Part shown: one piece after another, positions 19,701-31,894 of the stretch
Layout: every line of letters begins with the position of its first letter
Position numbering within the stretch: position 1 is the stretch's first letter
NCBI GenBank assembly: GCA_038231275.1
Contig: JBBRLQ010000009.1
Span: 32,001 to 96,000, forward strand
DNA length: 64,000 nt
Direction: 5' to 3'
From: Polyangiales bacterium
GTDB lineage: Bacteria; Myxococcota_A; Polyangia; Polyangiales; Polyangiaceae
Notes under the pieces: generated by a model
Seen by the model: the letters and a program-made list of their open reading frames with translations, nothing else
Databases searched by the model: none
Told to the model about the DNA's origin: nothing
Translations under genes and position numbers: made by a program

Positions 19701-22700
19701 AGACGAAAGACGACGCGCAGCGCTGCCTGCTCAAGACGAAGGACGGCGGCAACTACCGCGTCTCGGCGACGGTGACCGACGGCATCGGACGGAGGAGCGT
19801 CACCGAAGTGCCGATCTGGGTGCTGTCCGACCACATGCCGCCGATGCGCGAGCTCACCGCCGGCGCCGCGCAGCTCGTCACCGACAAGAAGGAGTACCTG
19901 TCCGGCGACACCGCGGAGATCCTCGTGCTCGCGCCGTTCGCGCCGGCCGAGGGCGTGCTGACCGTGCGACGCCAGGGGATCGTGAAGCTCGAGCGCTTCA
20001 CGATGAAATCGAGCGCGCAGACGATCGCCGTGAAGCTCGACCAAGGATGGCTGCCCGGCGTGTCGGTGCGCGTGGATCTCCTGGGCGCGGAGGTGCGCGC
20101 GAACGACGCCGGAGAGCCCGACGCGTCGCTCCCCAAGAAGCCGGCGTTCGCGACCGGTGGCGTCCAGCTCGTCATCCCGCCGAAGGAGCGCGCGATCACG
20201 CTGACGGCGCGGCCGCGCGACAAGGCGATCGAGCCGGGCGGCACCACGAGCCTCGAGCTCGACGCGAAGGACGCGCAAGGAAATCCGGCGGCGGGCACGC
20301 AGCTGGCCGTCGTGGTGGTGGACGAGGCGGTGCTCGCGCTCTCGGGGTACAAGCTCCCGATCCGCTTAGTGCATTCTACACGCAACGCCCCGATGGTGCG
20401 CGGGAGCTGGCGATCCGCGATCGCGTCCTCGTCGCGAAGCCGCGGGAAGACGGGGGCGGCGCCGGCATGATGCAGCGCCGAATGCATGCGGTAGGCGGGC
20501 ACGCGGGGAGCGGCGGAGCGATGCGGTCGGCCCCTCGCTCGCCGGCACCGGTGGCGACCGCGACGGCGGCGGCGTCCGCGGCCCCGGCCATGGAGGCCGC
20601 GCCCGATCGCGCCGACACGCTCCGCGACGAGTCGCGCGACGAGAAGAAGAAGGACAAGGCCGGCGAGGCTCAGGACAATACGCCGATGGCGGTGCGCACC
20701 GACTTCGCCGCGCTCGCTGCGTTCTTTCCGAAGGTGACGACCGACGCGAGCGGCCACGCCGCCGTGCCGATCAAGCTCCCCGACAGCCTCACGCGCTACC
20801 GCGTGATGGCGGTCGCGGTCCAAGGCGAGAACCGCTTCGGCAGCGCGGAGGCCACCGTGACCGCGCGTCTTCCGCTGATGGTCCGGCCGTCACCGCCGCG
20901 CTTTCTGAACTTCGGCGACAAGTTCGAGATGCCCATCGTCGTCCAGAACCAGACCGACGCGCCGATGGACGTCGACGTGGCGATGCGCGCCTCGAACGCG
21001 ACGGTCACCGGCACCGGTCGGCGCGTCACCGTGCCCGCCAACGATCGCGTCGAGGTCCGCATCGGCGCCGCCGCCGCCAAGGCCGGCATCGCGCGCTTCC
21101 AGATCGGCGCCGCGTCGGGGCGATTCAGCGACGCGAACCAGATGGAGCTCACGGTGTGGACGCCCGCCACGACCGAGGCGTTCGCGACGTACGGAACGAT
21201 CGACGACGGCGCGATCGCGCAGCCGGTCAAGATGCCGCCCGACGTCGTGCCGCAGTTCGGTGGCTTGGAGATCACCACGTCGTCGACCGCGCTCCAGGCG
21301 CTCACCGACGCCGTCCTCTACCTCGTTCACTATCCCTTCGAGTGCAACGAGCAGATCTCGTCGCGCGTCGTGTCGATCGCGGCGCTGAAGGACGTGCTCG
21401 GCGCGTTCAAGACGAAGGACATGCCCTCTCCCGAGGCGCTCCTCTCGAGCCAGAAGAAGGACATCGATCGGCTCAAGTCGCGCCAGTCCTGGTCGGGCGG
21501 CTGGGGCTTCTGGCCTGGCGCCGAGGCGCACCCGTACGTGAGCGTCCACGTCGCGCACGCGCTCGTCCGCGCGAAGGACAAAGGGTTCGACGTCGATCCG
21601 CAGGTGCTCGCGCGCGCGCAGAGCTATCTCCGCGGCGTCGAGGCGCAGATCCCGAGCTGGTGGCCCGAGGACGCACGCAGGGCGCTCATCGCCTACGCGC
21701 TCAACGTCCGCTGGCGCATGAAGGACGTCGATCGCGGCCGCGCCAAGGGGCTCGTCGCCGAGGCGGGCGGCGCCGACAAGCTGCCGCTCGAGGCCCTCGG
21801 CTGGATTCTCCCCATCATCAGCGAGGATCCGGGCGCCGCCGGCGAGCTCACGCAGATCCGCAAGCACCTGGCCAACCGCGTCACCGAGACCGCCGGCGCC
21901 GCGCACTTCGTCGCCTCCTACAAGGACGCCGACTACTTGATCCTGAACTCCGATCGGCGCGCCGACGGCGTCCTCCTCGAATCGCTCATCGGCGATCAGC
22001 CGCAGAGCGACGTCATCCCGAAGATCGTCACCGGCCTCCTCGCGCACCGCAAGGCGGGGCACTGGTCGAACACGCAGGAAAACGCGTTCGTTCTTCTCGC
22101 GCTCGACCGCTACTTCAACACCTACGAGAAGACGACGCCGGACTTCGTGGCGCGCGCGTGGCTCGGGGACAAGTACGCCGGCGAGCACGCGTTCAAGGGG
22201 CGCACGACGGAGCGGTACCAGGTAAACGTGCCGATGCGTCAGCTCGCGGACTTTTCGAAAGGCACCGATCTCGTCCTCCAGAAGGATGGCCCCGGCCGTC
22301 TCTACTACCGCATCGGCATGCAGTACGCGCCGAAGGATCTGAGGCCGCCGCCGATCGACCGTGGCTTCACCGTCACCCGCAGGTACGAGGGCGTCGACGA
22401 TCCGAAGGACGTGACGCAGGACGACGACGGCGTCTGGCACGTCAAGAGCGGGAGCAAGGTGCGCGTGCGCGTCGGCATGGTCGCGCCGTCGCGCCGCTAC
22501 CACGTCGCGCTCGTCGATCCGCTTCCCGCGGGCTTCGAGCCGATGAACCCTGCGCTCGCGGTGTCGGGTCCGATCCCGCAAGATCCCAAGGCCGCAAAAT
22601 CGCCGTACTGGTGGTGGCACAGCACCTGGTACGAGCACCAGAACCTGCGCGACGAGCGCGTCGAGGTCTTCGCGTCGCTCCTCTGGGAGGGCGTCTACGA

Positions 22701-22824
22701 CTACACGTACGTCGCGCGCGCGACGACGCCGGGCGACTTCGTGGTCGCGCCGCCGAAGGCCGAAGAGATGTACATGCCGGAGACGTTCGGCCGCGGCGCG
22801 GGGGACCGGGTCGTCGTGGAATAG
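16736..22824 (+). CDS. Bacterial alpha-2-macroglobulin family lipoprotein, split by a frameshift near 20356-20358 (about 2029 aa if restored)
   Basis: Lipobox LGGC, Ig-like/MG domains (FDDRHMYRPGE, EEFRRPEFEV, VVDEAVLAL), bait-like region, VRTDF, KLPDSLTRYR, PRFLNFGD, thioester motif YPFECNEQ and C-terminal EEMYMPETFGR. The two halves lie in different frames. Confidence 0.88.
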
Positions 22825-22848
22825 ACGACGTCGTGCTACTGAGGAGAG

Positions 22849-24177
22849 GTGGCACAAGCGCCCTCCAAGTCGTCTTCCACCGAAGGCGTACGCGCGCTCG
22901 CGATCCCGGTAGGTCCGCGCCTCGAGAAGGTGCTCGCCGTGGCGTATCGGGCGCGTCGGGCCGTGCTCCTCGAGGGGCCGACCGGCGTGGGAAAGAGCGA
23001 AATCGTCCGGCGCGTCGCCGAGCAGCTCGGCATCCAGACGACGATCCTCGATCTGAGCCTCCTCGAGCCGCCGGACCTCGTGGGCCTCCCCGTCGTGAAG
23101 GACGGGCGGACCGAGTACGCGCTCCCGCACGTGCTGCCGAAGGACGGCGCGGGCATCCTGATGCTCGAGGAGCTGAACCGCGCGGAGCGGTACATCCAGC
23201 AGCCCGCGCTCCAGCTCCTCTCCGCGCGCCGCCTGCACGAATACGAGCTGCCGCCCGGGTGGATGTGCGTCGCGACGGTGAACCCGCAGACCGCCGAGTA
23301 CCACGTAACGGCGCTCGACAAGGCGCTACGCGCGCGGTTTCTCCAGGTGAGCGTGCGCGCCGATCGGGCGTCGTGGCTGGCGTGGGCCCAGACGCAGAAC
23401 CTCCACCCGGGGATCCTCGCGCTCGCGCACACGCACGAGCGTCTCCTCGACGACGTGCCGCCGCGCACGTGGACGTACGCCTCCGAGCTGCTCCAGGCGT
23501 TCTCGCCCGACGAGCTGATGGACGGCGCGCTCCTCCGCGACGCGCTCGGAGGATTCTTGCCGACCGCGTGGGTGGAGGCGCTGCTCGCCTCGCAGGGCTC
23601 GTGGGGGTCGCGCCTCGCGTTCGACGTTCGTGAGCTGCTCGCGACGTACGCGCCCGGCACGCCGCGCGCGAAAGAGATCTCCGGCTACCGGGAGCAAGGC
23701 AAGACCGATCGCCTGGACGAGATCGTCGCGCGCCTCGTGCCGCTTCTGTCAGGCCCGGAGGCCGGCGTCCTCGCGGCGCAGAGGCAGCTCACGCTCGCGT
23801 CGTTCGAGGCGCTCGTCGCGGATTTGCCGGGCGATCAACGCGAGCGTTTGCAGGAGGCGCTCGGAGGAAATCCCACCGCCGCCACGCTCGTCGACGTCGC
23901 GCCGGGAGAGCTCGTCGCCGGATTTTCCGGCAGCGCCGCCGAGAAGAAGATCGCGGCATGGCGCGGCGATCCCAACAAGCGCCACCGCATCTCGCTCGCC
24001 GTGACGGCGCTGCGCTCGTTCCTCGAGCAGCCCGCGCGCCTCCCCGAGCTGAAACGAAGCAACGTCGCGCGCCAGTGCCTCGGGCACCTCCTCGTGCAGC
24101 TCCCCGAGAAGGACGCGCTCCCGCTCGTCGACACCTTGAAGCGCGTGGGCATCACGCCGGTGCGTCCGGGATCATGA
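22849..24177 (+). CDS. MoxR-like AAA+ ATPase
   Basis: GAGGAG RBS and GTG start. Walker A GPTGVGKS, EPPDLVGLP, Walker B-like LMLEELNRA, ATVNP, LDKALRARF and PPRTW. Confidence 0.88.
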   Translation: MAQAPSKSSSTEGVRALAIPVGPRLEKVLAVAYRARRAVLLEGPTGVGKSEIVRRVAEQLGIQTTILDLSLLEPPDLVGLPVVKDGRTEYALPHVLPKDGAGILMLEELNRAERYIQQPALQLLSARRLHEYELPPGWMCVATVNPQTAEYHVTALDKALRARFLQVSVRADRASWLAWAQTQNLHPGILALAHTHERLLDDVPPRTWTYASELLQAFSPDELMDGALLRDALGGFLPTAWVEALLASQGSWGSRLAFDVRELLATYAPGTPRAKEISGYREQGKTDRLDEIVARLVPLLSGPEAGVLAAQRQLTLASFEALVADLPGDQRERLQEALGGNPTAATLVDVAPGELVAGFSGSAAEKKIAAWRGDPNKRHRISLAVTALRSFLEQPARLPELKRSNVARQCLGHLLVQLPEKDALPLVDTLKRVGITPVRPGS

Positions 24178-25415
24178 CCGCCGCGCGCACGTCGCCGAGC
24201 GAGCTCGAGGCATGGCTCGACGGGTTCCTCCGCGATCCAGGCTTCCTCGAGGCCTACCCCTATTACGCGGCGATCCTCGCGAAGCTCACGCCGGTCGCCG
24301 ATCCGTCGGTCGCGCGCATGGCGGTGTCGCTTCACGGTGGGCGGTTCTACCTGCATGTCAACGTCGAGTCGTTCATGGCCGAGCCGCAGTACCTGCGGGG
24401 CGTCCTCCTGCACGAGGTCCATCACGTGGTCCTCGGCCATCTCGCGCACCCCAAGTTCGCCGAGGCCACAGAGCCGGAGCTCATGGATCTCGCGATCGAG
24501 ATGTCGGCGAACGAGTACATCGAGGAGCCGCTGCCGCCGGCGATCACGTGGCGCGCGTACGCCGCGGTGGGATTGCGCGCGCACCAGAGCACGCGCGATC
24601 GGTACGACATCCTCGTGCGGCACATGGAGGGGACGGGCACGCGGCCGCGCCCCGAGCAAGGAGAGCGCGGCGCCGGGACGATCGACGATCATCGTCACCT
24701 CGGTCGCGGCGAGGTGTCACCGGGAGGTGTCGCGCAGACGGGGCTCATGATCCAGCGCGCGGTCGCCGAAGCGCCGAAGAACGCGGACGCCGAGGACGAC
24801 GCGGATGGCCGTGAATCACGCCGTTTTCTCGTGGCGGGGCGGACGCCGGGGCGCCTCCTCGAAGAGCTGTCGGAGACGACGCGCGCGCCTGCCGAGGTGA
24901 TGGACTGGCGTGCGGCCCTCGCGATGTTCGTCGCGCGCGCGCGCTCGCCGGTGCACACGTGGTCGCGCCCGAGCCGACGGTTCCCTCATCGCATCTTCGA
25001 GGTGCCGGGCCGCACGTGGGCGCCGCGCCGCACGGAGGATCCGCGCCTCCTCGTCGCCATCGACACCTCGCTCAGCATGACGACCGCGGAGCTCGAGCAG
25101 ATCGCCCGGCAGCTCGTGGTCTTGTCGGAGCGCGCGCACGTCACGATCGCCGAGTGCGACGTGTCGGTCGCGCGGATTTATCCGTTCGCGGGGAGGATCG
25201 ACAACGTCGTCGGTCGCGGCGGCACCGATCTTCGCCCCATCTTTTCGCCCGCGGTGCTCGGTGCGCACGACGTCGACGGCGTCGTCTATTTCACCGACGG
25301 CGAGGGCCCGTTCCCACCGGAGCCCGCGCCGGTCCCGACGCTGTGGGTCCTCACCAAGCCGCTCGCGTTCCGCTGTCCGTGGGGTGAGCGCGCGCGCCTG
25401 CGCAGCACGGGGTGA
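24174..25415 (+). CDS. DUF2201-like putative metallopeptidase with C-terminal vWA-like domain
   Basis: ATGA overlap. LLHEVHHVVLGH (HExxH), WSRPSRR, MIDAS-like IDTSLSM, GRGGTD and YFTDG. Confidence 0.85.
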   Translation: MTAARTSPSELEAWLDGFLRDPGFLEAYPYYAAILAKLTPVADPSVARMAVSLHGGRFYLHVNVESFMAEPQYLRGVLLHEVHHVVLGHLAHPKFAEATEPELMDLAIEMSANEYIEEPLPPAITWRAYAAVGLRAHQSTRDRYDILVRHMEGTGTRPRPEQGERGAGTIDDHRHLGRGEVSPGGVAQTGLMIQRAVAEAPKNADAEDDADGRESRRFLVAGRTPGRLLEELSETTRAPAEVMDWRAALAMFVARARSPVHTWSRPSRRFPHRIFEVPGRTWAPRRTEDPRLLVAIDTSLSMTTAELEQIARQLVVLSERAHVTIAECDVSVARIYPFAGRIDNVVGRGGTDLRPIFSPAVLGAHDVDGVVYFTDGEGPFPPEPAPVPTLWVLTKPLAFRCPWGERARLRSTG

Positions 25416-25443
25416 TTCGCGACCTCGGCGCGGTTCGGGTCCG

Positions 25444-27195
<1,752 letters not shown>

Positions 27196-27316
27196 GGATA
27201 CGCCGACACCAAAGTCGACCCTAGCGGAGCCCGATTTACAAGGGTTTCGAAGGATCTCCTACCTTGGCGCCCCGGGATGACGGATACTGGATTGCGCGTT
27301 CGCTTCAGCAGTCGCG

Positions 27317-28987
27317 ATGAACGTTCCTCTCGCCGCACGCCTCGCCGTACTTGGGATCCTGGCTGCCGCTTGCGCGGGCGGGGCCGTCGCGGCGCGCGCG
27401 CGGTACCTGCCGGCGGGGCAGATCCTCCCAGGGCTGCGCGTGGATGGGCAGATTGTGTCGGATCCCGCGGACCTGCCCGCGCTGGTTCACACGCGTGTCA
27501 CATCGCTCGCCGCCCGAAAAATGAAGCTGGTTCTGCCGGGCGAGCCGGACCGACCGGTCCTCGAGGTGTCGCTTGGCGACCTAGGGCTCGCGGTCGACGA
27601 GGCGGCGGTCGTGCGCGCGGCGCAGCGTGTCGGCCACGAAGGAGACCTGCTCGAGCGTGCCGACGCCGCCGAGCGGGCGGCGGCCGGGGCGATCGACGTG
27701 CCGCTCTTGCCTACCCTCGACGACACGCGCGTGATGCCGCTCATGACGCGCATCAAGGAGACAGAGGACTCGCAGCCCGTGTCGGCGCGCCTCGATCTCG
27801 ACCGTCACACGACGGTTCCGGAGAAGCCAGGGCGCTACCTCGACGCGCACGGCGCCTTCGCCGCGCTCGAGCAGGCGGCGCGCGATCCCGACGCGACGGT
27901 GGTGACGATCCCGGCGGTGGAGGTCGAGCCGCGCATCACGACGTCGTTCGTCGCCGCGCTCGACGTGCACACCGTCATCAGCGAGTACGAGACGTATTTT
28001 TCGCGCGCGGGCGATCAGCAGCGGCGCGGAAAGAACATCGACGTCGCGGCGGCGAAGCTCGACGGCCTCGTCTTGTCGCCGGGAGAGCTCCTCAGCTTCA
28101 ACCAACTCGTCGGCGAACGGAGCGAGGAGAACGGCTTCCAGAAGAGCTGGGAGATTTTCAAAGGCGAGATGATCGAGGGCATCGGCGGCGGCACGTGCCA
28201 GGCGGCGTCGACGTTCCATGCGGTCGCCTTCTTCGGCGGGCTGGAAATTGTCGAGCGCTTGCCGCATTCACGGCCGAGCGCGTACATCCCGATGGGGCTC
28301 GACTCCACGGTCGTCTACCCGATCGTCGATTTGAAGGTGCGAAACCCGCACTCGTTCCCGGTCGTTTTGCACGCGAAGACCGAGGGGAACAAGCTTCGGA
28401 TGGAGCTCCTTGGCCCGTCGCGGCCGGTGCGCGTCGCGTTCGGGCGCGAGCTCTTGAAGACCGTGCCGTACCCGCGAAAGATCGTCGAGCAGCCGATGCT
28501 CGCGGGCAAGAAGGTCGTGGTGAAGCAGCACGGGATCCGCGGCTTTCGCATCAAGCGGTCGCGCATCTTGACGTTCCCCGACGGGACGCACCGCACCGAG
28601 ACGAACACCGATTTCTATCCGCCGACGACCGAGATCTACGAAGTCCCGGTGGACTTCGACGTCGCGCTGCTCCCACCGCTGCCGCACGCCGACGGTGACG
28701 AGGGCGAAGGCAGCGACTCGAGCGCCCAGACCGCCGCCGCCGCCGCCGCGACCACGACTACGACGCCGACCGCGACGCCGACTGCGACCGCGGCGCCGCC
28801 CGCGACCACGACCACGACCACGACGCCGACCGCGACTACGTCCACGACACCGACCGCGACGACGCCGACCGCGACTCCCGACGGCCAGCAAGCCGTGACG
28901 GATCTTCAACTGGTCGACGGACCGGGCTCGCACGCACCCACCAAAGGCCAGGCGAACCCGGCAAAGACCATCTGGGTTCGCCGGTAA
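27317..28987 (+). CDS. VanW family protein with peptidoglycan-binding and G5-like regions
   Basis: RGKNIDVAAAKLDG...PGELLSFNQLVGER, GIGGGTCQAAST, ERLPHSRPSAYIPMGLDSTV. N-terminal membrane anchor and Thr-rich tail. Confidence 0.88.
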   Translation: MNVPLAARLAVLGILAAACAGGAVAARARYLPAGQILPGLRVDGQIVSDPADLPALVHTRVTSLAARKMKLVLPGEPDRPVLEVSLGDLGLAVDEAAVVRAAQRVGHEGDLLERADAAERAAAGAIDVPLLPTLDDTRVMPLMTRIKETEDSQPVSARLDLDRHTTVPEKPGRYLDAHGAFAALEQAARDPDATVVTIPAVEVEPRITTSFVAALDVHTVISEYETYFSRAGDQQRRGKNIDVAAAKLDGLVLSPGELLSFNQLVGERSEENGFQKSWEIFKGEMIEGIGGGTCQAASTFHAVAFFGGLEIVERLPHSRPSAYIPMGLDSTVVYPIVDLKVRNPHSFPVVLHAKTEGNKLRMELLGPSRPVRVAFGRELLKTVPYPRKIVEQPMLAGKKVVVKQHGIRGFRIKRSRILTFPDGTHRTETNTDFYPPTTEIYEVPVDFDVALLPPLPHADGDEGEGSDSSAQTAAAAAATTTTTPTATPTATAAPPATTTTTTTPTATTSTTPTATTPTATPDGQQAVTDLQLVDGPGSHAPTKGQANPAKTIWVRR

Positions 28988-29034
28988 CCGTGTTTTGGTG
29001 CTTATTTGACGCCTCGCCCGGCGCGTGCGATCGA

Positions 29035-31272
29035 ATGGCAATGCGTCGCAGGATGTCCGTAAGTGTGTGCGTGCTCGGCCTCCTGGCCGGAACCGCCCAC
29101 GCCGCACCTGCCTCGCCGCCCTCGACCGCGAGCACGACTCCGACTCCGACTCCGACTCCGACTCCGACTCCGACGCCGACGCCGAAGGCGACTCCGACGC
29201 CGACTCCGACTCCGACTCCGAAGGCGACTCCGACTCCGACTCCGAAGGCGACTCCGACTCCGAAAGCGAACGCGAGGCCGACCGTGAAGGGGGGCGCGAA
29301 GCCTGCGCCCGCCAAGGGGCGGGCGACGGACACGTCCGCGCGACGGCAAATTTCCGGCGGGCCGACGTCCGAGGACGTGATGCTCGGGCCCGACACCGCG
29401 GAGCTTCGCGCGCTTCACGCCGCCGAGCGGGAGCTCTTCCCGATCGCGATGCCCACCGCGACCGCCGCGGATCTTCCGTATCCGCTCGCCGCGACCGACG
29501 AGGCGCCGCGCGTTCATGCGACGGGGTTGCCGCCGACGCCGAGCGCAGGTCCGCCTCCGGGCTCCGAGGGGGGGCGCGATCTCTCGTGGCTCGGCAAGCT
29601 CGACTTGCCCGACGTGCCGGTGCGGTGGGACGCGCGTCTCGTGCGGTACCTCGAGTTCTTCAAGGACGATCCGCGCGGGCGCGCGATGCTCGGCGTCTGG
29701 CTGCGGCGCTCGGGTCGCTACAAAGACCAAGTGAAGAAGGTGCTGCGCCGCAAGGGCGTGCCCGAAGACCTGGTGTGGCTCGCGATGATCGAGAGCGGCT
29801 TCGAGCCGACCGCGCGCTCGCCAGCCGGCGCGCTCGGCATGTGGCAGTTCATGCCCGACACCGGTCGCGCGTACGGGCTCCCGCAAGATCGCTGGGCCGA
29901 TCAGCGACTCAACGTCACGTCCGCGACCGAGGCGGCCGCCGATTTTCTGGCGGATTTGCACCGACGCTTCGGGAGCTGGGATCTGGCGATCGCCGCCTAC
30001 AACATGGGCTACGGGGGAATTCTCTCCGTCGTGCGTCGCTACAACACGAACGACTTCTGGACGCTCACGCGCCTCGAGGGGGCGCTGCCCTGGGAGACGA
30101 CGCTGTACGTGCCGAAGATCCTCGCGGCGGCGATCGTCGCGAAGAACCTCGGCGTCTTCGGCTTCGCGGAGCTCGTGCCCGACGCGGCGATCGAGGCCGA
30201 CGAGGTGAGCGTGCCTCCGGGCGTCGCGCTCACCGCCGTCGCCGCCGCCGCGGGATGCACCGTAAAAGAGGTCGAGGCGCTTAATCCCGAGCTTCGGGCG
30301 TCGCGCACCCCTCCGCCGCCGCCGGCTGCTCCGGGTGCTTCGTCGCCGACCGCGCCCGCCGACTACGCCGTGCGCGTGCCTTCGGGGAAGGGCGCCGCGT
30401 GCACCGCCAACCTCGCGAAGTCGAAGAAGGACGTGCTCGAAAAATACGTCGTGCGCTTCGGCGAGACGCTCGAGCAGATCGCCAAAGACCATCGCGTATC
30501 GACGCAGAAGCTCGTCGAGCTGAACGGCATCGCGCAGGGCGAAGTGGTGCGCGGCGGCGCCGTGCTCATGGTGCCGAAGGTCGATCCGCCGAAGCCCGCT
30601 CCCGAGGCCCCGGCGCCGAAGCCGGTCGAGGGCGGCGCGCTCGCCACCACGCTCGCGCAGCAGCCGTCCGCGCCGCTCCCGGCCGGCACGTCGCTCATCG
30701 TCACCGTGCCCACCGACGTCTTCGTCTACCCCGATCGCCGGCGCGTGTTCTATCGCGTCACCGTCGGCGACACGCTCCCGCAGATCGCCGGCGCGTTCCA
30801 CGTCTCCGTCGACGAGCTCCGCCGTTGGAACGAGCTCGACCCCGCGGCGCGTTTGCTCGAGGGCATGACGTTGCAGCTCTTCGTGCGCGAAGACGCGGAT
30901 CTCACGCAGGCCGTGCACCTCGCCGAGTCGGACGTGCGGGTCGTGACCGTCGGGTCCGAAGAGTTCTTCGCCTATCACGAGGGCCTGAAGGGCCGGAAGC
31001 GCATCACGATCGCGGCGAAGGTCGGCGACACGCTCGAGGCGATCGGCCGCAAGCACGGCGTCTCGCCGGCGGTGATGGAGCGCATCAACCGGCGACCACG
31101 CGCGCAGGCGCTGAAGGAGGGCGACACCGTGGCGCTCTACGTCGCGCAGAACGGGCCCTCGGGGAGCGGCGGCGGCCCTGCGAGCATTCCGCACGCGCAG
31201 CTCGCGCCGCAAACGAACGGCCCGCTACCCGCGGCGCCGATGCCCGATCACTTGCCGCGCGTCGGTCCGTAA
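29035..31272 (+). CDS. Lytic transglycosylase (SLT domain, MltD-like) with multiple LysM domains
   Basis: LAMIESGF, AGALGMWQFMP, AIAAYNMG, ETTLYVPK. LysM-like YVVRFGETLEQIA, YRVTVGDTL and KVGDTLEAIG. The start could also be 29041 or 29053. Confidence 0.9.
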   Translation: MAMRRRMSVSVCVLGLLAGTAHAAPASPPSTASTTPTPTPTPTPTPTPTPKATPTPTPTPTPKATPTPTPKATPTPKANARPTVKGGAKPAPAKGRATDTSARRQISGGPTSEDVMLGPDTAELRALHAAERELFPIAMPTATAADLPYPLAATDEAPRVHATGLPPTPSAGPPPGSEGGRDLSWLGKLDLPDVPVRWDARLVRYLEFFKDDPRGRAMLGVWLRRSGRYKDQVKKVLRRKGVPEDLVWLAMIESGFEPTARSPAGALGMWQFMPDTGRAYGLPQDRWADQRLNVTSATEAAADFLADLHRRFGSWDLAIAAYNMGYGGILSVVRRYNTNDFWTLTRLEGALPWETTLYVPKILAAAIVAKNLGVFGFAELVPDAAIEADEVSVPPGVALTAVAAAAGCTVKEVEALNPELRASRTPPPPPAAPGASSPTAPADYAVRVPSGKGAACTANLAKSKKDVLEKYVVRFGETLEQIAKDHRVSTQKLVELNGIAQGEVVRGGAVLMVPKVDPPKPAPEAPAPKPVEGGALATTLAQQPSAPLPAGTSLIVTVPTDVFVYPDRRRVFYRVTVGDTLPQIAGAFHVSVDELRRWNELDPAARLLEGMTLQLFVREDADLTQAVHLAESDVRVVTVGSEEFFAYHEGLKGRKRITIAAKVGDTLEAIGRKHGVSPAVMERINRRPRAQALKEGDTVALYVAQNGPSGSGGGPASIPHAQLAPQTNGPLPAAPMPDHLPRVGP
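29137..29262. repeat. (ACTCCG)n hexamer microsatellite with AAGGCG interruptions, encoding TP/KA repeats
   Basis: Directly visible ACTCCG/ACGCCG units. Confidence 0.9.
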
Positions 31273-31285
31273 TACGACGTCGACG

Positions 31286-31879
31286 TCAGCCCGGTGGCGC
31301 GCCGCCGCAGGTGCCGAGGTCCTGCGGAATTCCCCAGTCGCCGTTCGAGCCGGTACCACACCCGTTCAGGCCGCCGGGGCAGCCGGGGTGGGCCATCTCG
31401 CACAAGACGGCGCCCTTGCTCGAGACGCACATGGTCAGCGGCTGGCAGCTCGACGTGGAGACTCCGCCCCCCCCGCCGCCGCTGCGGACGATGCAGCACA
31501 CCGTGAGGTTCGTGCACTGCGTGGTGCGGGTGCATGCGAACTGGCTCGGCGGATCGCCAGAGGTTCCCGCGGGCGCGGGGCCGGCGCACTTCGGGCCGGG
31601 CTGGCAACTCCCGACGTAGCCGTTGCCGGAGCTCGTCCGGTAGAGGCAGCAGATGCTCTTGATCTCGCACGAGCCTCCGGGCGCGCCGGGGCAATCGATC
31701 GGACCGGGCGCTGCGCCGTCGACGCCGCCGTCTTCTGCCGCGCCGTCGTTCGTCGTCGCGTCGCTGGTCGCGCCGCCGTCCGAACCGCCGCCGCCATCGC
31801 CACCGCCAACGAACGAAGGGGAACCGCACGCCGTGAGGACCACCACCGCGCCCGCGAGCGCGCGCAAGGAAAGCGCCAT
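31286..31879 (-). CDS. Cys-rich lipoprotein, unknown function
   Basis: Lipobox LTAC, Gly/Asp linker and many Cys including CC pairs. Confidence 0.7.
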   Translation of the reverse strand: MALSLRALAGAVVVLTACGSPSFVGGGDGGGGSDGGATSDATTNDGAAEDGGVDGAAPGPIDCPGAPGGSCEIKSICCLYRTSSGNGYVGSCQPGPKCAGPAPAGTSGDPPSQFACTRTTQCTNLTVCCIVRSGGGGGGVSTSSCQPLTMCVSSKGAVLCEMAHPGCPGGLNGCGTGSNGDWGIPQDLGTCGGAPPG

Positions 31880-31894
31880 GGTCCTAAAGATACC

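Noticed and set aside
16598-20278. 1226-aa minus-strand ORF, and many similar long alternative-frame or antisense ORFs across the window
   Set aside because: They lie opposite or out of frame to motif-supported genes, are Arg/Ala-rich and have no recognisable motifs. Such shadow ORFs are expected in high-GC DNA.
20351-20362. Programmed ribosomal frameshift in the alpha-2-macroglobulin gene
   Set aside because: No X XXY YYZ slippery heptamer is visible. A one-base deletion in a C run is the simpler explanation.
31276-31287. Perfect 12-bp palindrome GACGTCGACGTC between convergent genes
   Set aside because: It is short and built from GTCGAC/GACGTC words that are very common in this sequence, so chance is likely.
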